From NCBI RefSeq assembly GCF_006345805.1, contig NW_021833057.1, forward strand, positions 1 through 64,000: a stretch of DNA of 64,000 nt, written 5' to 3'. The stretch is from Octopus sinensis. Its lineage: Eukaryota. The notes beneath the pieces were generated by a model. The model worked only from the letters and a program-made list of their open reading frames with translations, was not told where the DNA came from and made no database searches. Positions 55,076 through 64,000 of the stretch are shown here, one piece after another (the stretch's first letter is position 1; each line of letters starts with the position of its first letter). The position numbers were made by a program, and so were the translations under genes.

Positions 55076-55132
<57 letters not shown>

Positions 55133-55143
55133 ATATATTATAT

Positions 55144-55198
<55 letters not shown>

Positions 55199-55213
55199 TA
55201 GATAGATAGATAA

Positions 55214-55244
<31 letters not shown>

Positions 55245-55279
55245 GATAAATAGATCTTAGATATAGAGATAAATAGATG

Positions 55280-55342
<63 letters not shown>

Positions 55343-55374
55343 GATAGAAGATAGATGTGTGTGTTTGTGTGAGT

Positions 55375-55590
55375 CTTTCTGTCTGTGTTTGTCCTCCAGC
55401 CACCAATTGGCAACATGTGTTGTTATGTTTGCATTTCCGTAACTTAGCAGTTCGGCAAAAGATCTCGATAGAATAAGTACCAGGATTAAAAACAAAGTAC
55501 TGGGATCGATTCATTCGATTAAAAAAAATTCTTGAGTGTTGGTGCCCCAGCGTGGTCAGAGTCTAATGACTAAAACATGTAAAAGATTCA
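55375..55590 (+). mobile_element. 3' half of a diverged CCTTGGGCAAG-type SINE
   Basis: CGTAACTTAGCAGTTCGGCAAAAG...GGTGCCCCAGCGTGG tail. Confidence 0.7.
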
Positions 55591-55614
55591 AGGTATGTAT
55601 ATACATATATGCAC

Positions 55615-55616
<2 letters not shown>

Positions 55617-55645
<29 letters not shown>

Positions 55646-55855
55646 CATACATACATACATACATACATACATACATGCATACATGCATACATACATACAC
55701 ACATACATACATACATACATACATACATACATACATACATACATACATACATACGTACGTACATACATACATACATAGATGCATACATGCATGCATACAT
55801 ACATACATACATACATACATACATACATACATACATACGTACGTACCTACATACA

Positions 55856-55887
<32 letters not shown>

Positions 55888-56361
55888 CGTACGTACGTAC
55901 ATACATACATACATACATACATACATACATACATAATACATACATACATACATACATACATGCATACATGCATACATACAGACATACATACATACATACA
56001 TAAATACATACATGCATACATACATACATACATACATGCATACATACATGCATACATACATGCATACATACATACATACATACATACATACATACATACA
56101 TACATACATACATGCATGCATACATACATACATACATACATACATGCATACATACATACATGCATACATACATACATACATACATACATACATACGCATA
56201 CATCCATACATACATACATACATACATACATACATGCATACATACATACATACATGCATACATACATACATACATACATACATGCATACATACATACATA
56301 CATACATACATACATACATACATACATACATACATACATACATACATACATACATACATAC
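55617..56361. repeat. ~745-bp imperfect (CATA)n microsatellite
   Basis: Direct inspection. It generates the YIHT/MYVC pseudo-ORFs. Confidence 0.97.
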
Positions 56362-56807
56362 GAAAATGAGAATACCTACGTTGAACTATTCAGAAATCTG
56401 CAGGTATTCTATCCAGATTACAAGTTAAGGTTTATACCTGTAATTATTGGGGCCCTGAGATATGTAACACACTGCCTAAATACCAATATGGGAAAATTAG
56501 CATTCTCAAAACCAGAAAAGAGAAAGCTAATTCGAAGACTACAGTTCCAATCCATCACTGGAACTGGAAAACTCTATAAAACTTTCCTGAAGTTTATTAT
56601 TTAAATATATATATCAATATGTCTAGATAAGCAAATATATGCATGAGAATACATACATAAGGCAAAACATGCAAATCTGCACATATACATACATACAAAC
56701 AAAAGTACCCTGCTGTTGATGTTGAAATCCCAATGAAGGAGCTTTGAATCTAGGTTAGAAACCGGCTCTTTATTGGCAAGAAATCTTGAAAGAAAACTGA
56801 ACAATGA
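56362..56807 (+). mobile_element. 5'-truncated RLE-type (R4-like) LINE flanked by (CATA)n
   Basis: Reads ENENTYVELFRNLQVFYPDYKLRFIPVIIGAL...KTFLKFII*, then a 3' UTR with a GAGC..GGCTC stem, then (CATA)n from 56808. Confidence 0.82.
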
Positions 56808-56873
56808 CATACATACATACATACATATGTTCCAGAAAGCATTTTCTCTTCATTCCTACTTCCGGTCACTTAC

Positions 56874-56966
56874 TTCAAAAATGTAACCGCTCGTGATTGT
56901 TGACGATTTTTCTTTTTTCCGTCTTCGCCTTGGGTTTTCCTGTTTCTTCCCGTTTCCGAAAAAGAG
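56874..56966 (-). CDS. Candidate 93-nt exon (LFFGNGKKQENPRRRRKKEKSSTITSGYIFE)
   Basis: Acceptor TTACTTTTCGAGCATAG and donor GTAAGT, open phase 0-0 frame. No homology recognised. Confidence 0.2.
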
Positions 56967-57113
56967 CTATGCTCGAAAAGTAATACTTCTACTCTGTTCC
57001 TTCCCTGAGCGTCTTATTAATACATTGCTTGTGCTACGTTCAAACGATTGTTTGATTTTTGATTTCTTCTTTTTCTCGCTCTCTCTCTCTATACACATGT
57101 GTGTGCATATACG

Positions 57114-57150
<37 letters not shown>

Positions 57151-57230
57151 ATATATTATATATATATATATATATAATATAAATATATATTTATCATTGA
57201 TATATAACATATATATATATACATATATAA

Positions 57231-57273
<43 letters not shown>

Positions 57274-57347
57274 AGTATATATATATATATATACATATAT
57301 GTATATATGTATATATATATATATATATACATATATAATGTATATAA

Positions 57348-57414
<67 letters not shown>

Positions 57415-59014
57415 TATATGTATATAAGTATATATATATATATATATATAATATATATGTGTGGGTGCGTGTGTATTTATATATAAATATACACGAACGG
57501 AAAAAAAGACATTTGTGCTGCCTGTTGTGTGTATATGTGTAAATATTTGTTGATGTACGAATATACACGTGTGCCTATATGTTTTGATACATTCTGTATA
57601 TAAAAGGCAACTGTTATTGTATCTTCTATGTTCTGCTTCCATTAAGCATACGTTTCAATATCTCTTCATCTCACCGCAGATCCTATTTAGCCACACATTG
57701 TGAATGAGTCACATGTTCTTTCTTCTTTACATATACTTTTAAACATTTCTAAATACACTCATATACGAAAATTCAGAAATGGGGCACTCAGAAATGCATG
57801 GGTTTACATACTTATACGTATATGTATGCATCTGTGCGTGTGTTTATATAATATATATAATATATATATATTATATATATATATATCCATACATAACTAC
57901 ATGCACATATACATATATATATACTGGTATATACATGTGTGTGAGGATAATTGTAATGGATATTGTATGTATATATATATGTATATATATATACATATAT
58001 ATGCATATATATGCATATATATGCATATATATACACACACATATATATATATATGCGTGTGTGTGTAGGTATATATATATGCGTGTGTGCGTGTGTAGAT
58101 ATATTATATATATATATATATATAATAATATATATATATATATATGTATGTATGTATATAAACATACATACGTACATACCTACCGGCCAGCACACTTGCA
58201 TATATCCACGCATATAGACGAAGGCGCATGCTCAGAAACGCAGAAGATAGAACTGATTTTTCAGATGAGTCAAGAGAAATGAATTGACGAGAACCACAAC
58301 AACAACAGTTAGTCAAGCAAGAAGCAAGAAGAAGCAAAAAAAATAAAGAGATTGTATCTCCCCGAAGCCGTCAATAACACTATTTCGGGATTAAACACGC
58401 TTCGAATCACAAGGAATTTGCATGAACGGCTTTCTTGTTTACCAACAGACGCAAACTGAAAATAATGCTGGCAGTTGATTTCTAAAAGAAAAAAGGAAGA
58501 AAAAAATAAACATGCGAAGAGATGTTGACTTTCAGTATTGACCTTACCTAAAATGAGTTCAGGTTGTATGCCTTTATGACGATCGTAGCCGTGCTACATT
58601 GCTGTATAGTTGTTAATAGATGGCGATTTACCCGGAAGATTACTGTACGTAAAGTGTAAAGCGTATTTTCAGCTCAGCTTTAATCTAACAAGATAGCGTG
58701 TATGAAACTGTGCAATAAATAAAAGCCATAAAGACACTTGGTTTATTTGCTTGTTTTCATGAATTTTGCTGTATATTTTTTTTTATATCTGATAGAAGAA
58801 AAATACATTGTATTGTCAATAGATATAAGCAAAAAGTACAGCGCAGGAGTGGCTGTGTGGTAAGAAGCTTGCTTACCAACCACATGGTTCCGGGTTCGGG
58901 AGACGGAAACTGAAAGAAGCCCGTCGTATATATGTATATATATATATATATATATAATATTAAGTATAGGAAAGAATGGAGCTGAACGAAGATTTAACAA
59001 AATTCCTTTATTTT

Positions 59015-59099
59015 ATTTTCGACATATGTTTCGAAGTCTGCAAAGTCCCTAATTCCGATGAATAAGGAGTCCATTATGCAGCTTTCTCTTCAGGAAAAT
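59015..59099 (-). ncRNA. Type I hammerhead ribozyme (GUC cleavage), left arm
   Basis: AUUUUC-CUGAAGA-GAAAGCUGCA...UGCAGACUUC-GAAA-C(AUAU)G-UC/GAAAAU. Confidence 0.82.
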
Positions 59100-59251
59100 C
59101 CAGGAATTTAATTCTCCAACAAAATGCACAACAAGCTTTGCGACGACTGCTCACGAGGAGCCCAAAAAATAATGATCATTATTTTATGGGCTCCTCGTGA
59201 GCAGTCGTCGCAAAGCTTGTTGTGCATTTTGTTGGAGAATTAAATTCCTGG

Positions 59252-59337
59252 ATTTTCCTGAAGAGAAAGCTGCATAATGGACTCCTTATTCACTCGGAAT
59301 TAGGGACTTTGCAGACTTCGAAACATATGTCGAAAAT
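59252..59337 (+). ncRNA. Type I hammerhead ribozyme (GUC cleavage after 59331), right arm
   Basis: Core CTGAAGA at 59258-59264 and GAAA at 59320-59323. Stem I is ATTTTC/GAAAAT and stem III is AC(ATAT)GT. Confidence 0.82.
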
Positions 59338-59552
59338 AAAATAAAGGAATTTTGTTAAATCTTCGTTCAGCTCCATTCTTTCCTATACTTAATATATAAA
59401 ACTTCAAATTTCCGTACTAAGGCACGGATTTTATGCCCTATGGTCGTAACTTCAACCGTGCCCTTTCTATTGTGAGTTTGCTACCCAGGTATCGGTTATC
59501 TTTCGAATTATCCGTAATAAGATAATTCATTTGTCTACTTATATATATATAT

Positions 59553-59628
<76 letters not shown>

Positions 59629-60026
59629 ATAGATAGATGTGTGTATATGTTTGTGTGTGTGTGTTTGTCTCCCCAATATCCCTTGACAACCGATGCTGAT
59701 GTATTTACGTCACCCATAACTTAGCGGTTCGGCAAAAGAGACCGATAGAATAAGTACTAGGATTACAAAGAATAAGTCCTGGGGTTGCTTTGCTCGACTA
59801 AAGGCGGTGCTCCAGCATGGCCGCAGTCAAATGACTGAAACAAGTAAAAGAGTAAAAGAGCCATTAGAATTTGAGAAACTGTAAAGCACCAGATTTGGAG
59901 CATCTAATAACGATGATATATGGACTCGGTTCAAACCTCACCCATCGCATCTATTTAATCTCTCTGTGGACTTTAATATAGGTGCTATGTATTTCCGTTT
60001 TATATTACTGTTGTTTCTTCTATAAG

Positions 60027-60086
60027 AAATGCATAAAAAGCCGAGTGATCGAGCAACATCCTATAGTTTCTTCGGAGCCACTAAAA
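60027..60086 (+). CDS. Candidate 60-nt exon (KCIKSRVIEQHPIVSSEPLK or EMHKKPSDRATSYSFFGATK)
   Basis: TTGTTTCTTCTATAAG acceptor and GTAAGT donor. Length divisible by 3, two open frames. Confidence 0.25.
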
Positions 60087-60228
60087 GTAAGTATAATTGC
60101 TCCCAGGAAGTGATAAGATGTTGCACAAGCAGTCAGCTCTGAGTGTGCGTTAATTTTATTATTGAAACACCTGTAAGCTAATGAATGTGCTTGGGTAACT
60201 CTTTTTCACTTACTATTCATTATTATTA

Positions 60229-60553
60229 AAAATAAAACATGGTCCGTTGTCTTCTGCTGAACCGGGGTCATCCTTTGACCCTATGGTCACAGCAGGTCCT
60301 CATCTCATGGAGAGTACACGGCGTAAAATGTGTGCGGAACCTAGCAACACTATTTTTGAAGTTCTCCTACGTTAACACTGCAAGGTAGTTTGTTGAGCTG
60401 CTTAATGGTGCTGTGGTGCTTTTCATTCCCCACATCTTGGTCACTTCTATTTCTAGGTCTTTGTAATTAAATAACTTCTCAACTTCTTTAATGGACACAT
60501 TTCTCTCTGATGGTACTGTCACGTTTATCATTTAGCATTTCTTATTCTTCCCA

Positions 60554-60557
<4 letters not shown>
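60229..60557 (-). mobile_element. 5'-truncated Dong/R4-like LINE between (TAA)n tracts
   Basis: Reads INVTVPSERNVSIKEVEKLFNYKDLEIEVTKMWGMK...ELQKIVLLGSAHILRRVLSMR*. (TTA)n at 60221-60228 and 60556-60623. Confidence 0.85.
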
Positions 60558-60623
<66 letters not shown>

Positions 60624-61132
60624 GATGTTGTTGTTGTCATCCTCCTCCTCCTCCTCCTCCTCCTCCTCATCATCATCATCATCATCATCATCATCTCATC
60701 ATCATCATTATCATCCTCATCAGCAGCAGCAGTAGCATCACCATCTCCATCATCATTTTAGGTTTCACTTCAAAGAGATTGAAGTCTACATCCGTTTTAA
60801 AACACTAGAAATGTCTTCCAAATTCCACCAACAAGTTAGATTAATATGTATTATCTTCATCCCGTTTAAGTGGCAGATTCCTCGAGAAATACTTTATGGC
60901 CAAATCATACAATTTGTTACTCACGCACGCACACATACACACAGATATACATACATGCAGGTATACACACACACATACTCACTCCCACACTCATACTAAA
61001 CTCTGAACACCTTTGAATGTGTGAATGTATGTGTTTGCATGTATATATGTGTGTGTTTATATATACATATATACAGATATATATATATATATACACATAT
61101 ATGCATACACATATACACAGACATACGTATTT

Positions 61133-61196
<64 letters not shown>

Positions 61197-61366
61197 TTGT
61201 ATGTACATATCAATGTAACCCTTCAAATATATAGTCATGTTTATATATAATTATGTATGTGTGTGTGTGTGCACGTGTGTGCGTGTGTATCCATACTTAC
61301 AAACACACAGATAGATACGTACATACATACATGCATGCTTACATATACACATAGATAGATAGATAA

Positions 61367-61447
<81 letters not shown>

Positions 61448-62015
61448 CAGTCAGACAGGTAGATAGATAGATAGACAGATACATACATACATACATAAAT
61501 ACATACATACATAAATACATACATACATACATACATACATACATACATACATGCATACATACCTGCATGTATACAAGCGTGTATGAGTTCACGTACGAAG
61601 ATTTATTCCATCTCGTAAGAATTTCGGGAATTGTTGTATTAATAATTCTACATCAGAATATGGCAAGGAAGCAAATCTAAATCAAAGGGGCCTAATTATG
61701 TACAACAAAACGAACAAAGATAGAGACAGATAAAACGGAACGTACATGTGTGATTAAAAACATCTCAATAATATACAAGAGCAAAAGTATTTCAAATAAA
61801 ATAAAAAAACTAATAAAAAAAGGAAAAGTACTACAGATGCCATTCAAAGTTCATCTGTTCATAAAATGTTTGATTCAGAGATGTTACAGCAAATATGCTT
61901 AGATAGACTGTGTAAATTGCTTTGATCAAGATCTTACTGGAGATTTACGATTTGGAATGAGAAAGAGAAAAAAATGGAAAAAATAAGGGAGGGAAACGGG
62001 AAGAAGAATGAAACA

Positions 62016-62075
<60 letters not shown>

Positions 62076-62149
62076 AGCAAACTAAATATTAGGATTCTTT
62101 TATTCGTTTATTCGTTTATTCGTTTATTCTTTTATTCTTTTATTCTTTT

Positions 62150-62440
62150 ATTTGTTTCAGTCAACTGACTGCGGCCATGCTGTGGCCCTTTTATTATTTT
62201 TTTTGGTTTTTGATCGAACAAATCGATCTCAGGACTTATTCTTTGTAAGCCTAGTACCGGTTCCATCGGTCTTTTTTTGCCAAACCGCTAGGTTACGGGG
62301 ACGTAAACACACGAGCATCGGTTGTCAAGCGATGGTTGGGAAGACAAACACAGACACAAAAACATACATACACACACAAAAACAAACACAAAACACACAC
62401 ACACACACACACACACATATACGACGGAACTGAACCGTCG
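62150..62440 (-). mobile_element. 3' half of a CCTTGGGCAAG-type SINE
   Basis: Reverse complement of the family tail and body. Confidence 0.8.
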
Positions 62441-62444
62441 TATG

Positions 62445-62478
<34 letters not shown>

Positions 62479-62515
62479 ACTGAACTCGGAACCATCTGGT
62501 TCCAGGTTCAAGGTG

Positions 62516-62556
<41 letters not shown>

Positions 62557-63163
62557 CTACTTACTACACAGCTATCCTGCTTACATATATATATATAAAT
62601 GTAATATATATATATATATATATGTATGTATATGTATATGTGTGAATGTTCAGTTGATTACAGTAGTTGAGGAAACAGTATTTTATCGACCCAGAAGGTA
62701 CAAATGCATAAGTGACCAAGCAGTATTGAACTCAGAGTGAAATCAGTCAGAAGTGTAGTGGTGATTCGAAACCGAACCGCAAGGTAACCGGTCGTTCATC
62801 ACGACCGAACCACAATAGTTTCACGTGATCAGTCTATTAAGTAAGGAATCAGCGTCAAGTCATCGAGTGATGCAGTCTTCTAGAATCCTCTCATTGTGCC
62901 CTATAAAAAGGCCGCTTTTGGCGGTAATTGTAGAATGTTGAGGCAGCTGATTGATATGTGTCTTCATTCATGATACAGCCAGAGGACCCAGGAAGACGGT
63001 TAAAATAGATAGCAGACAGACGACAGGAATTTCCACCACCACGAACGTAGCACAATTGTTTCTAGTTACATTGGATAAGCAACAGGTTACTATATCTGTA
63101 AGTTGTTGTAAACTACAAGCGGTATATCCTATATCTCTCCCAGTATGTCATTATTGCTGCAGT

Positions 63164-63445
63164 GGAGGCACATGGCCTAGTGGTTAGAGCAGCGGACTCG
63201 CGGACGAGCGATCGCGGGTTCGAATCTCAGACCGGGAGATGTGTGTGTTTATGAGCGAAACACCTAAGCTCCACGCGGTTCCGGCTGAAGTTGATGGTGA
63301 ACTTCTGCTGACTCTTTCGCCACAACTTTCTCTCACTCTTTCCTCCTGCATCTTGCAGTTCACCTGCGACGGACCGGCGTCACGTCCAGGTGGGGAACCA
63401 ATACACCAAGGAAACCGGTGTGACTCGAGAAGGAAAAAACAAAGC
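63164..63445 (+). mobile_element. tRNA-derived SINE
   Basis: GGAGGCACATGGCCTAGTGGTTAGAGC (A box) and GGGTTCGAATCTC (B box), related to 14088-14391. Confidence 0.85.
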
Positions 63446-63851
63446 AAAAACAATTATTGCTGTTGTCGTTTGTAAAACACCAGCACATTTAAATTCTTTG
63501 TGAGGTATTGTTCAGTTACATCTCCACGCAGCCAAGAAACACATTTTTCTTCATCATCTATAACCAGTCATCACTTCGGGCCAGATAACAAACACCTCTC
63601 GCGACAAAAGTATTGCCGTCAAGCATGTTCTTTTTTGCCCAACTTTTAATGATTCGACAGCTTTCTTTCCTTTTTTTGTTCCGCCTTGGTTATCACGATG
63701 CAATGAACTCCTTCCTTTAAGATAATGCCAGAAATATTATTTACAAAAACAAACAACGCCACACGTTGGAAATATTTAAAAAACATCTTGCAGAATTTAA
63801 GTAGCATTTTAATAATTGGCTTGCACGTACACGACAAGTGATGTAGAATGG

Positions 63852-63927
<76 letters not shown>

Positions 63928-64000
63928 GTATGAATGTATGTATGTATATATGTATATATATATACGTATATATGTATATATGTATGTATATGTATATATA

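Larger units (their letters stand above)
58957..59395. mobile_element. Penelope-like 439-bp spacerless palindrome (centre GA|TC at 59175/59176)
   Basis: Arms of ~219 bp differ only by one mismatch near the centre and a 1-nt indel. Inserted in (TA)n; each arm carries a hammerhead. Confidence 0.8.
58840..59860 (+). mobile_element. CCTTGGGCAAG-type SINE split at its internal microsatellite (5' part 58840-58930, 3' part 59650-59860)
   Basis: The 5' half ends GAAGCCCGTCG(TA)n. The 3' half resumes GTGTTTGTCTCCCC...CTTGACAACCGATGC after the insert. Confidence 0.8.

Noticed and set aside
55556-56369. Long ORFs (up to 331 aa) of YIHT/MYVC repeats
   Set aside because: Translations of (CATA)n. Only the last ~80 codons of 55609-56604 are meaningful (LINE remnant).
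57635-57680. Degenerate hammerhead-like motifs (also ~58213-58245 and ~48354-48385)
   Set aside because: Core substitutions and no stem I pairing.

Overview
AT-rich eukaryotic DNA saturated with microsatellites ((TA)n, (CA)n, (CATA)n, (GATA)n, (TAA)n). The SINE repertoire and repeat landscape point to an octopus or other coleoid cephalopod intron or intergenic region (inference). Nearly all ORFs in the track are microsatellite or SINE artefacts. I could not identify a host gene; only scattered candidate short exons are visible. Supported content: several tRNA-derived SINE families, including a Nin-domain family forming ~183-bp head-to-tail arrays; 5'-truncated RLE-type non-LTR retrotransposons (Hero-like, Dong/R4-like in (TAA)n, and a second R4-like family abutting (CATA)n); a CR1/L2-like 3' end that shares its tail with a SINE; DD34D mariner and DD37D maT remnants; hAT- and TTAA-type MITEs; and a Lep1-like Helitron. 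The most striking structure is a set of Penelope-like foldback elements in (TA)n tracts carrying outward-facing type I hammerhead ribozymes. The best case is a near-perfect 439-bp spacerless palindrome (58957-59395) with two intact GUC-cleaving hammerheads. All folds and alignments were done by eye and need computational confirmation.
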